Below are positions 36,949 to 43,983 of a stretch of DNA of 45,508 nucleotides, piece after piece; within the stretch, counting starts at the first letter, position 1; each line of letters starts with the position of its first letter. Location: the IMG/VR virus record IMGVR_UViG_3300031565_000079, positions 1-45,508 of that record; one strand, 5' to 3'. Made by a program: the position numbers and the translations under genes. Source of the stretch: a virus. Under the pieces are notes generated by a model, which was not told where the DNA came from, made no database searches, and saw only the letters and a list, made by a program, of their open reading frames with translations.

Positions 36949-37289
36949 TTTTTAATCTTCTCCGTATATTTTAAGATTTCTCTGATAAATTCAGAATTAT
37001 TAATAATAAAGGCATAGAAACCATTAGACATTGGTGTAACCAAATCTAAATCCTTCATATCCTCAATGGCATACTCCCACATAATGCCATGAGTAGCTTC
37101 ATGATGAATAACCTGGAGCATCATTTGGTAACTGGCATTTTTGTCTACTCTTATTAAATGATGACAAAGCCATATTCTTCCGCCCAATGCCTTACCATAG
37201 TCGTCCCTAATACCATCGACGTATTCTACATCGTAATAACTGCTTCCGATTTCAATTTTCTTTATTTGTGGGATTCTTATTACCTTCAT
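36945..37289 (-). CDS. Small HExxH metallopeptidase-like protein (ImmA/IrrE- or SprT-like)
   Basis: Track ORF of 114 aa containing VIHHEATHGIMWE (HExxH), with RBS ggagaaagtaaATG. Confidence 0.45.
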   Translation of the reverse strand: MKVIRIPQIKKIEIGSSYYDVEYVDGIRDDYGKALGGRIWLCHHLIRVDKNASYQMMLQVIHHEATHGIMWEYAIEDMKDLDLVTPMSNGFYAFIINNSEFIREILKYTEKIKK

Positions 37290-37527
37290 TTACTTTCTCC
37301 AATTTCTCGATTCTCTTCTGAAATCCATCAAGTACATTCCAAAAAGCAACTTCAGAATCATTGATTTGTTCATCTAACATATCTACTTTTGGTCTTATCG
37401 TTCCATGACGGTCTTCTTTGAATAAAACTTTTGTTTGTCGAAAATCAGCATATAGCATACTAATATTGTTCCATAAATTATCTATATTTCTTTTTATATA
37501 CTCGAATTCTCTTTTATGTCCAAACAT
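37252..37527 (-). CDS. Hypothetical protein (91 aa)
   Basis: Track ORF with RBS aaggaggtaattaaATG. It overlaps the next gene by 38 nt. Confidence 0.55.
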   Translation of the reverse strand: MFGHKREFEYIKRNIDNLWNNISMLYADFRQTKVLFKEDRHGTIRPKVDMLDEQINDSEVAFWNVLDGFQKRIEKLEKVNEGNKNPTNKEN

Positions 37528-37555
37528 TTAATTACCTCCTTTCTTAATCTATGAA

Positions 37556-37759
37556 TTAACTCCTTATCTCAGTTATTACTACTATAAGACCTACTACGAT
37601 AATCCAGAGAGCAATAAGAGCTATTCCTATCCCTATTGTCCATAGTAGACCGGTAAACACTACTCCCAGAAAGAAACTAACATCTAATACTGTTACAGCA
37701 CTAAATCTGGTATAAAATACTACAAATGAAGCTATAAGCCACATCAATATAAATTTCAT
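37556..37759 (-). CDS. Multi-pass small membrane protein (67 aa)
   Basis: Start trimmed to the ATG at 37759, which follows gagaaaggaggtcaagATG. The protein begins MKFILMWLIASFVVFYTRF and continues ...GIGIALIALWIIVVGLIVVI. Confidence 0.6.
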   Translation of the reverse strand: MKFILMWLIASFVVFYTRFSAVTVLDVSFFLGVVFTGLLWTIGIGIALIALWIIVVGLIVVITEIRS

Positions 37760-37900
37760 CTTGACCTCCTTTCTCAATTACATACACCAAAGTTAACTAA
37801 TCTGGCATGTTTGGTGTAAGAGAGAGAGAAACCGTACTCTTTCTAAATCGTTCTATCAGACCTTCTATAAAATCAATTCTGGTGGGTATGGGAATGATTT

Positions 37901-38062
37901 TTACAGGGTTTTCTTAACTGCTTCTATTTTTTGTAAAATATTAAGACACTTCTCTATATCATCCAAAAAGTTTTTATTCGTTATGTTAGGGATTCTCTCA
38001 AATATTTCATCAGCAATAGTATTTAATGTTGTTACTCTATTTATTCTTTCTGTTAAATCCAT
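37901..38062 (-). CDS. Small hypothetical protein (53 aa)
   Basis: Hand translation gives MDLTERINRVTTLNTIADEIFERIPNITNKNFLDDIEKCLNILQKIEAVKKTL. The RBS is aaaggaggaaactATG, preceded by TGTACGGAA. Confidence 0.45.
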   Translation of the reverse strand: MDLTERINRVTTLNTIADEIFERIPNITNKNFLDDIEKCLNILQKIEAVKKTL

Positions 38063-38087
38063 AGTTTCCTCCTTTTTTTCCGTACAT

Positions 38088-38222
38088 TTATTTAAACCAA
38101 ATATAAATTGTTATAGCAAAGAAATAAAGATTCAATGAAAAGATTCTAAAATACAGTCCCTTTAGATATACTGTGGCTAATTTCTTTACAAATGCTTTGC
38201 TTAATTTTATTTCTATGGTCAT
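38088..38222 (-). CDS. Small hydrophobic-tailed protein (44 aa)
   Basis: Hand translation gives MTIEIKLSKAFVKKLATVYLKGLYFRIFSLNLYFFAITIYIWFK, with RBS cgaggtaacATG. Confidence 0.35.
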   Translation of the reverse strand: MTIEIKLSKAFVKKLATVYLKGLYFRIFSLNLYFFAITIYIWFK

Positions 38223-38264
38223 GTTACCTCGATTTTTTCCGTACACTATACGTTGGATATGGTA

Positions 38265-38474
38265 TTACCTTATTTTTTTTCCACAAAAAGGACAATATTT
38301 TAGTTTATAGATATTGTATTCTTCAAGGTATAAATCCCAAGCTCTAAAGATTATTCCATCACACATAGACGCTATTATGTCTTCTTCTTTATAGGCTATA
38401 TTAAATTCTTGACAACAAATATCTTCTATCCCATCACTTTCATAATATTGATTATTACGTTCAAATATTTTCAT
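38265..38474 (-). CDS. Zinc-ribbon-like small protein (69 aa)
   Basis: Start trimmed to the ATG at 38474, which follows ggaaggagaaaaATG. Cysteines are at CCQEF...MCDG...CPFCGKKI. Confidence 0.55.
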   Translation of the reverse strand: MKIFERNNQYYESDGIEDICCQEFNIAYKEEDIIASMCDGIIFRAWDLYLEEYNIYKLKYCPFCGKKIR

Positions 38475-38633
38475 TTTTCTCCTTCCGTACACCTATGTTT
38501 TGGGTATGGGGTATTATATATATATATTGTCTGCACTTGGCGAGAGACCCCCACCCCCCCTTGCTCGATATAATACTGGCTCACTATTTACTTTACATAA
38601 TTATTCTTATAGGACGTTGTAAGCTAAAACATG

Positions 38634-38663
38634 AGTATAATTCACTCTTTCACGTAGTATCAA
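38634..38663 (-). promoter_or_regulatory. Sigma70-type promoter candidate TTGATA-N18-TATACT
   Basis: The minus strand reads ttgatactacgtgaaagagtgaattatact, located just after the stop of the 252-aa gene. Confidence 0.4.
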
Positions 38664-38674
38664 CAATTACAGGC

Positions 38675-39433
38675 TTACTGGCTCGATGTACGACTGCCAT
38701 TTTCCCCTTTGTTTTTCACTGTCTTACGTTTTGGCTTACTTTTCTCTACTTCTTGAGGATTGAAGGGTAATAGACTGATAGTTTCAGGCTGTAACAGTGT
38801 AGGATCCACTGTTTTAAGCATCTCTTTGCCCTCTTTGCTTGCGATGGTCAGTTGCTCTGCTTTGATCAACATGAGTATCTTGGCGTCCTGGTTAGCTACT
38901 GCTTCGGTTAAGTACTTGCGTTCACTAAATTCTTTATCGCATAAGGTTAATATGTGTGCTTCTGCTCTCCAATCCTTTTCTCGCTTGTCTGAGGCGTATT
39001 TCATGAGTAAATCTTGATGGAATGCTATAAATTTATTCCTGGCGTATGCGAAGGAGAGTGCGAATTCTTCATTTCCCTCTCTATTCTCATCGCTTCTCCC
39101 TCTCAACTCTCTCTCTATCGTATCAACTGAAACTCCTGCTTTCCCTGCAATACTCCGGATAAAAAAATACTCCTCCGCTAACTCAATAACCTTCTCTTTC
39201 ATCTGATCTGTCATCTTTGTAGGTCTGCCAACCGCTTTAACTTCAACTGGTTTCAATACTGCTTCTGGTGTTAATATCTTCTCTGTTATTCCTTTATTAC
39301 TATAAAAAATCTCTTTACCGACTATCAATCCTTTAGCGACCTTCATTTCTTCTTGTATTATTTCTTCTCTACTTTTATATACTGCCTTCTTCATTGCTTT
39401 TATTGCTTCATTCAAGATATCTTTATTATTCAT
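38675..39433 (-). CDS. HTH DNA-binding protein resembling small-terminase-type proteins (GRPTK...HTH...)
   Basis: Track ORF of 252 aa containing AVGRPTKMTDQMKEKVIELAEEYFFIRSIAGKAGVSVDTIERELRG...EEFALSFAYARNKFIAFHQDLL. It is the first gene of the leftward unit and lies 4.6 kb from terL. Confidence 0.4.
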   Translation of the reverse strand: MNNKDILNEAIKAMKKAVYKSREEIIQEEMKVAKGLIVGKEIFYSNKGITEKILTPEAVLKPVEVKAVGRPTKMTDQMKEKVIELAEEYFFIRSIAGKAGVSVDTIERELRGRSDENREGNEEFALSFAYARNKFIAFHQDLLMKYASDKREKDWRAEAHILTLCDKEFSERKYLTEAVANQDAKILMLIKAEQLTIASKEGKEMLKTVDPTLLQPETISLLPFNPQEVEKSKPKRKTVKNKGENGSRTSSQ

Positions 39434-39503
39434 ATTCCTCTTGATTCTCCAGTAATTTCGTTATTTTAAATATATGTGCTTCTAACAATTATTGCGGATG
39501 TCA

Positions 39504-39532
39504 ACTATATCACAATTATTTTTCGATATCAA
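39504..39532 (-). promoter_or_regulatory. Sigma70-type promoter TTGATA-N17-TATAGT (leftward)
   Basis: The minus strand reads ttgatatcgaaaaataattgtgatatagt. It is divergent from the early plus-strand promoter. Confidence 0.55.
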
Positions 39533-39569
39533 GTTGTTAATGTTAATAGCAATTAAATTAAAATAATGC

Positions 39570-39598
39570 TTGACATTATAGTAGTTTCGTGGTAAAGT
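39570..39598 (+). promoter_or_regulatory. Near-consensus sigma70 promoter TTGACA-N17-TAAAGT with a TGg extended -10 (rightward early operon)
   Basis: The sequence is ttgacattatagtagtttcgtggtaaagt, about 35 nt upstream of a strong RBS. Confidence 0.7.
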
Positions 39599-39632
39599 AG
39601 GACAGTAAAAGATATAAAGGAGGATCAATAAA

Positions 39633-39995
39633 ATGTTACTTAGTTTTAAATGGACAGTATCAAAAGGTCGAGATACTTACGGTTACAATATCGTTACTTT
39701 AAGCGTGAACGGTGAGAAGGCTTCAAGGTGTGATGGTGGTAATTATGATATGAACGGTACTTGTTTAGCAATGTGGATGCAGGAACGTTTTAAAGAGGAA
39801 TTACTAAAATTTAAATATGACGAAAAGGGCAATAGTGATTTTTACGGTCTGACATTTTACAATGGTAAACCTCATTTAAACGGTGCTTGTGGTTGGGAAA
39901 GTATGGAACATGTATTGAAAGAACTAGGCTATTACCTGGAAAATGTAAACTACAAGAACAGTTTACAAGAATATATTTTACATAAAGTTGAGTAG
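39633..39995 (+). CDS. Hypothetical early protein (120 aa)
   Basis: Track ORF with RBS aaaggaggatcaataaaATG. It is the first gene of the early operon. Confidence 0.75.
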   Translation: MLLSFKWTVSKGRDTYGYNIVTLSVNGEKASRCDGGNYDMNGTCLAMWMQERFKEELLKFKYDEKGNSDFYGLTFYNGKPHLNGACGWESMEHVLKELGYYLENVNYKNSLQEYILHKVE

Positions 39996-40070
39996 CTTTA
40001 AAAGAGGGGTATATTTATTATACCCTTCTATTAAGGTTACTTAGATTACTATAAAGAAGGAGGGTTTAAA

Positions 40071-40241
40071 ATGTTTGAATTAGATGAAGATGAAGCAAAA
40101 GAATTATATGACCACTTAATTGAAAGACAAGAAGGATGTTTCTTTATCGGTGAAATAGCTTATATTTTTGGAAAATTAGAAAAATATTTGTTATCAAAAG
40201 GAATTATAGAAAAAGAAGACGCAAAAAATAGTTATGAATAA
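40071..40241 (+). CDS. Small acidic protein (56 aa)
   Basis: Hand translation gives MFELDEDEAKELYDHLIERQEGCFFIGEIAYIFGKLEKYLLSKGIIEKEDAKNSYE, with RBS gaaggagggtttaaaATG. Confidence 0.55.
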   Translation: MFELDEDEAKELYDHLIERQEGCFFIGEIAYIFGKLEKYLLSKGIIEKEDAKNSYE

Positions 40242-40248
40242 AATAAAT

Positions 40249-40263
40249 GTTTCGCAGAGAAAC
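40249..40263 (+). promoter_or_regulatory. Conserved 15-nt motif GTTTCGCAGAGAAAC, copy 4
   Basis: Exact 15-mer, preceded by ATAAAATAAAT and followed by aaaaggagg (the RBS of the next gene). Confidence 0.6.
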
Positions 40264-40283
40264 AAAAGGAGGTTAAATATATT

Positions 40284-40538
40284 ATGAATAAAGGAGAAAG
40301 GGCTTTAAAAAACGTTAGGGCGTATAAGGAGTACAAAGAACATTATCATTATATAATAACAAAAAGAAAGAAGGATACTGAAATGGAAAAAGTTAATAAA
40401 TATGGTTGGGTGTGGAATTTAATCAATGGGTTATATTGGTGTAAAACTCCTATAGAGAGTGGGATATACTGCGGAATCACTCCCGAAGAATTAGACAATA
40501 AACTTTATTATATAAAAATAGGTGGCAAAATCAAATAA
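40284..40538 (+). CDS. Hypothetical protein (84 aa); its N-terminus MNKGERAL resembles that of ORF 2853-3044
   Basis: Track ORF with RBS aaaaggaggttaaatatattATG. Confidence 0.65.
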   Translation: MNKGERALKNVRAYKEYKEHYHYIITKRKKDTEMEKVNKYGWVWNLINGLYWCKTPIESGIYCGITPEELDNKLYYIKIGGKIK

Positions 40539-40567
40539 AATTATAATTGAAGTAAGCAGTCAGAACT

Positions 40568-40599
40568 CAGGAGATAGTTTTCTTGGTTTCTATCTCCTG
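40568..40599 (+). other. Perfect 10-bp inverted repeat CAGGAGATAG-N12-CTATCTCCTG (intra-operon hairpin)
   Basis: Read directly. There is no U-tract after it. It lies in a roughly 100-nt gap between ORFs. Confidence 0.6.
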
Positions 40600-40641
40600 G
40601 GTTATGGTTACTTAGAAATTACTATAAAGGAGGTGGGAAGC

Positions 40642-40818
40642 ATGGACATAATCAATGAAATTGGAAATTTATTATGTGATAAAACAGTTGGGATTTTAGC
40701 AAAGGATAAACAATTACAAGGGAAGGACGAAAAATTCGGCTCAATGATTACATTAACATACTTACAAAAAAAGATTTATCCGTTATTAGAAGAACTAAAA
40801 ACAAAGGTACAATCATAA
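40642..40818 (+). CDS. Small hypothetical protein (58 aa)
   Basis: Start trimmed to the ATG at 40642, which follows taaaggaggtgggaagcATG. The longer track ORF begins at a GTG inside the previous gene. Confidence 0.5.
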   Translation: MDIINEIGNLLCDKTVGILAKDKQLQGKDEKFGSMITLTYLQKKIYPLLEELKTKVQS

Positions 40819-40888
40819 GCGTACCCTTAAATTCGTTCGTCTGGTGCAATCCTGGAGTGATTAAATTTAAGTAAAGGAGGTTAAAACA

Positions 40889-41074
40889 ATGAAGTATCGA
40901 ATTTACTGGACGATGACTCAATACGGAACAAGTGAAATTGAAGCTGACAATAAGAAAGAAGCAGAAGAAATTGCAGAAAAAAACACTGAAGATTTTGGCG
41001 ATCCGAATCAATTCATTCAAGAATTTAATACTGATGATTGTTGGAAAATTAATAAAATCGAAGAAATAAAATAA
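40889..41074 (+). CDS. Small acidic protein (61 aa)
   Basis: Track ORF with RBS taaaggaggttaaaacaATG. Confidence 0.6.
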   Translation: MKYRIYWTMTQYGTSEIEADNKKEAEEIAEKNTEDFGDPNQFIQEFNTDDCWKINKIEEIK

Positions 41075-41086
41075 AGAGGTGATTTA

Positions 41087-41164
41087 ATGGCAAATACAAT
41101 ATATATAGTGATTTTAGTATTCGTGATTGTATTATATTTAATAGGAAAGATGGGGGTGAAATAA
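41087..41164 (+). CDS. Possible 25-aa single-TM peptide
   Basis: Hand translation gives MANTIYIVILVFVIVLYLIGKMGVK, with RBS aagaggtgatttaATG. It is very short. Confidence 0.3.
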   Translation: MANTIYIVILVFVIVLYLIGKMGVK

Positions 41165-41167
41165 ATT

Positions 41168-41347
41168 ATGATTATAAAGGCAGAAATGGATTCGGTATTG
41201 TTCGACGCTAATGAAGAATTGAAGAAAAGAGATATGCGAATTAAATACCTTGAAGAACAAAATAAAGAATTAAAACAATATTTGATTAAATCGGGCTGGT
41301 ATGCCGATGGTTATGATGGAGTAACTGGTTGGAGAGATGAAGGATAA
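41168..41347 (+). CDS. Small coiled-coil protein (59 aa)
   Basis: Hand translation gives MIIKAEMDSVLFDANEELKKRDMRIKYLEEQNKELKQYLIKSGWYADGYDGVTGWRDEG. Confidence 0.45.
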   Translation: MIIKAEMDSVLFDANEELKKRDMRIKYLEEQNKELKQYLIKSGWYADGYDGVTGWRDEG

Positions 41348-41354
41348 AATAAAC

Positions 41355-41369
41355 GTTTCGCAGAGAAAC
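41355..41369 (+). promoter_or_regulatory. Conserved 15-nt motif GTTTCGCAGAGAAAC, copy 5
   Basis: Exact 15-mer, preceded by ATAAAATAAAC and followed by ggaggtg (RBS). Confidence 0.6.
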
Positions 41370-41385
41370 GGAGGTGAATTCAATA

Positions 41386-41592
41386 ATGAAAGAATCTAAA
41401 ATGTTTCGTATAGATAAACTAATGAGAAAAGCACAAAAAAAATATGATAAAGAAATAGCTAAAAAAGAACTTGATAAGAAAGAATTTGAAAAAATGTGTC
41501 AAAAGGCGGGAATCAAAAAAGAAGCTTTATGCGATACAATTTTCACAAGACAATTTAAAGGAAAAAAAATACAAAAGGAGATGATAATTTGA
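41386..41592 (+). CDS. Lys-rich hypothetical protein (68 aa)
   Basis: Start trimmed to the ATG at 41386, which follows ggaggtgaattcaataATG. Confidence 0.55.
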   Translation: MKESKMFRIDKLMRKAQKKYDKEIAKKELDKKEFEKMCQKAGIKKEALCDTIFTRQFKGKKIQKEMII

Positions 41593-41750
41593 AAGATAAA
41601 AACGTAAGAATATCCTGGGACAAGTGGGCATTACTGAGGGCAAAGACCGTAGAGCTTTCGCTTAAAACCGGTGAGAATATCACAATTAAAGGATATATAG
41701 ATAAATTAATAATGAAAGATTTGAGTAAAGAGAAGAAGGAGGGGAGCTGA
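41589..41750 (+). CDS. Ribbon-helix-helix (CopG/Arc-like) DNA-binding protein candidate (53 aa), last gene of the early operon
   Basis: Hand translation from a TTG after aaaaggagatgataat gives KDKNVRISWDKWALLRAKTVELSLKTGENITIKGYIDKLIMKDL. The pattern is beta strand, helix, helix. Confidence 0.4.
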   Translation: MKDKNVRISWDKWALLRAKTVELSLKTGENITIKGYIDKLIMKDLSKEKKEGS

Positions 41751-41765
41751 TCCCCTCTTTCTTTA
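41739..41765 (+). terminator. Rho-independent terminator ending the early operon
   Basis: GAGGGGA-gctga-TCCCCTC followed by TTTCTTTAT. It lies at the convergence point with the minus-strand genes. Confidence 0.75.
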
Positions 41766-42083
41766 TGTTCCGCCTAAACCTTCAAGTATTTCTTCTGTAA
41801 ATTTTTGTTCTAATGGGGTTTTAGTATTCGTGGTTTTGGTATTCTCGTTTATCATTGCCATATTTGCCCCATATAACTGATTACCCTTTTTAAGGGCTTC
41901 CCTTGCCATCTCATTTGATTTGACCATACACTCTGCAATGGTCTCTAATGATTTGACTATGCTATCTTCTGTATCTCTATGTTTCTTTAATGCTTGTAAA
42001 CGTCTAAAATTACTCTCATAAGTAGTACCGTAAATTAACATATCTTCTCTTTCAAGTGCTTTAATAAATCCTTCTCTATCCAT
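41763..42083 (-). CDS. Hypothetical protein (106 aa)
   Basis: Track ORF with RBS aggaggtgaaaaATG. Confidence 0.6.
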   Translation of the reverse strand: MDREGFIKALEREDMLIYGTTYESNFRRLQALKKHRDTEDSIVKSLETIAECMVKSNEMAREALKKGNQLYGANMAMINENTKTTNTKTPLEQKFTEEILEGLGGT

Positions 42084-42086
42084 TTT

Positions 42087-42326
42087 TCACCTCCTTATTA
42101 TTTTCATTGCCTTTGCCCTATATGGACAGCCTTGCCAAAACTTCCTACAAGTCTTAAAATCAAAACAATCGAGACAGAATATCCTCTCTCTATAAAGAGT
42201 CTTATCTGCTTGATCGTAACGACCTTCGAGATCTTCTCTATAATCTTTAATGTATAATGTTCTTAGGTCTCCAACCAAATAAATTGCCATATTATTGTAA
42301 TATTTAAAACCTAAAGGTAAACTCAT
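42087..42326 (-). CDS. Cys-rich hypothetical protein (79 aa)
   Basis: Start trimmed to the ATG at 42326, which follows ttaaaggagtaaatATG. It contains CLDCFDFKTCRKFWQGCPY. Confidence 0.55.
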   Translation of the reverse strand: MSLPLGFKYYNNMAIYLVGDLRTLYIKDYREDLEGRYDQADKTLYRERIFCLDCFDFKTCRKFWQGCPYRAKAMKIIRR

Positions 42327-42336
42327 ATTTACTCCT

Positions 42337-43119
42337 TTAAAATGGTAACAGTTCTGGGATAGACCCAACTCTATTTCTGGCTATCTCACAATATTTTGGA
42401 CTTATTTCTATGCCGATATACCTTCTATTTAATTCCTTACAGACTACTGCTGTAGTTCCCCAACCAATAAAAGGGTCTAGTATTAAATCTTCAGGATAGG
42501 TATAAAGTTTTAATAATCTGTAAGGTAATTCTTTTGGAAATGGAGCCGGATGTTTTCTATTTGTTTCTGGACAAAAATACCAACAATTAGAAGTATATTT
42601 TAAAAATTCTTCTGTGGTAATATCATTTTGCCCTTTATTGTCTGTTCGTTTATGTTTTTCTTTATCCATAATGATTATAAATTCCGATGCATTTCTTAAA
42701 TAAGGACAGGTAGGCATTTTCCAACTTCCCCAACTAGTTGATTTTGAAGGAATTTCTCCTCTAGGCATTTTTATCCAAGTAATCCATTCCCTATCTAAAA
42801 ACCCTATCTTTCTCATTAAAAGGACATAATCTAATGATAAATAAGCCATTTTGGAACTGGAACTTTGCAATATCGTACCCGGCAAATTTATTGCTATCCT
42901 TCCACCAATTTTTAATATCCTATATAATTCTCTTAAAATATTTTCTACAAAAATTAGATAATCTTGATAATTTTTTCTATCATTAGTTCCATAAGGCATT
43001 CCTACATTGTAAGGTGGAGAAGTAATAGTTAAATCAATGTAGTTATCTGGTATCCCCTTCATAACTTCAAGACAATCGCCACATATTATTTTGTTGATAA
43101 AGTCGTCGGGATACTTCAT
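42337..43119 (-). CDS. Beta-class amino DNA methyltransferase (N4-cytosine or N6-adenine), with no adjacent restriction enzyme
   Basis: Track ORF of 260 aa. Motif IV is LTITSPPYN, located N-terminal to motif I ILDPFIGWGTTAVV. This is the N6_N4_Mtase architecture. Confidence 0.85.
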   Translation of the reverse strand: MKYPDDFINKIICGDCLEVMKGIPDNYIDLTITSPPYNVGMPYGTNDRKNYQDYLIFVENILRELYRILKIGGRIAINLPGTILQSSSSKMAYLSLDYVLLMRKIGFLDREWITWIKMPRGEIPSKSTSWGSWKMPTCPYLRNASEFIIIMDKEKHKRTDNKGQNDITTEEFLKYTSNCWYFCPETNRKHPAPFPKELPYRLLKLYTYPEDLILDPFIGWGTTAVVCKELNRRYIGIEISPKYCEIARNRVGSIPELLPF

Positions 43120-43571
43120 AACATCACCTTAATTTCCATTCCGCAATGAGGACATGTAATCATCTTATAATTTGGCTGATATTCATATCCCCCTTTTAAC
43201 TGTCTTACATCTGACCTACTGAGGTTTCTTGCTTGTTCTAATACTTCTTCATAATTTTCATTAGTTGCCATTATACTTGTTAGATATAATTTCTCAATAT
43301 CTATATCAAGTTTCGCAGGCGAAACGTTAAACTTATCTACCCATATTTCGTAAACTTTCATAAGCTTAAAAGCAAAGAAACGAGACATAGAGATTTCAGG
43401 CGTTCCAAGATATTCTTCCCATGTGTCATATCCTAAAGTCCTGTAATACTGATTATCATGACTAATAATTAATAAAGAAGCTAATCTTAATAAATCTCCT
43501 CCAATACGACTTTTAAGGTCTAATATATACCGGTGATTTTCAAATACTTCTTTGACTATGATTTCATTCAC
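43116..43571 (-). CDS. Hypothetical protein with a C-terminal zinc ribbon (151 aa)
   Basis: Track ORF with ATGA overlaps on both sides. The C-terminus contains CPHCGMEIKV. It contains the palindrome GTTTCGCAGGCGAAAC at about 43313-43328. Confidence 0.6.
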   Translation of the reverse strand: MNEIIVKEVFENHRYILDLKSRIGGDLLRLASLLIISHDNQYYRTLGYDTWEEYLGTPEISMSRFFAFKLMKVYEIWVDKFNVSPAKLDIDIEKLYLTSIMATNENYEEVLEQARNLSRSDVRQLKGGYEYQPNYKMITCPHCGMEIKVML

Positions 43572-43983
43572 TCGTTATCTCCTTCTTAAATTCCTCAATT
43601 TTCTCTTCCATCTCTTTAACTGTCCACTTCTTTACTTGATTTGCTTTTACTATTAAATCCTCATACCACTCAATACCACGTTTCTTTTTTATCCATTCAA
43701 TAAACCAAATAGGTGCTTTGTGAGCAGAGTAATTATTAAAGGTATGGTGTCCAGGGCATAGACAAGCCCCATTATTCAAATCCCACCTTACAGATAGATT
43801 ACTTCTCCCGAATATATGATGAGCATTTAAGTAGTCTACTTTACTACAAGTCTTATACTCACAGACATTACCTGCCCGTTGCTTCACAATTTCAGCCCAA
43901 AGACTGTCAAGCTGGTCTCGGAGTTTCCGTCTTGTGGTCTTTGCCTTCTTACAGGCTTTTTTCCATTTAGGTTTCTTAAACAT
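43564..43983 (-). CDS. NinG/Rap-like HNH-fold nuclease
   Basis: Track ORF of 139 aa containing CEYKTCSK..LNAHHIFGRSNLSVRWDLNNGACLCPGHH. This resembles the lambda NinG family pattern as I recall it. Confidence 0.5.
   Translation of the reverse strand: MFKKPKWKKACKKAKTTRRKLRDQLDSLWAEIVKQRAGNVCEYKTCSKVDYLNAHHIFGRSNLSVRWDLNNGACLCPGHHTFNNYSAHKAPIWFIEWIKKKRGIEWYEDLIVKANQVKKWTVKEMEEKIEEFKKEITSE

Larger units (their letters stand above)
38078..38491 (-). repeat. Three copies of the upstream element TGTACGGAA (minus strand; plus-strand TTCCGTACA at 38078-38086, 38237-38245 and 38483-38491), each just 5' of an RBS
   Basis: Read directly. Copies 2 and 3 extend to a roughly 35-nt similarity (TTCCGTACAC.TAT..GTT.GG.TATGG.TATTA). 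Confidence 0.55.

Noticed and set aside
38541-38560. C5-A-C7 tract (G7-T-G5 on the minus strand) as a G-quadruplex or phase-variation site.
   Set aside because: It has only two G runs, which is not enough for an intramolecular quadruplex. It lies about 50-70 nt upstream of the start (38474) of the next minus-strand gene, and I could not tie it to a promoter spacer or a coding frame.
38675-39433. Calling the 252-aa HTH protein the small terminase subunit outright.
   Set aside because: The GRPTK-plus-HTH N-terminal pattern is suggestive. However, the gene is 4.6 kb from terL and is the first gene behind an early-looking promoter. I kept it as a DNA-binding protein with TerS-like features at low confidence.
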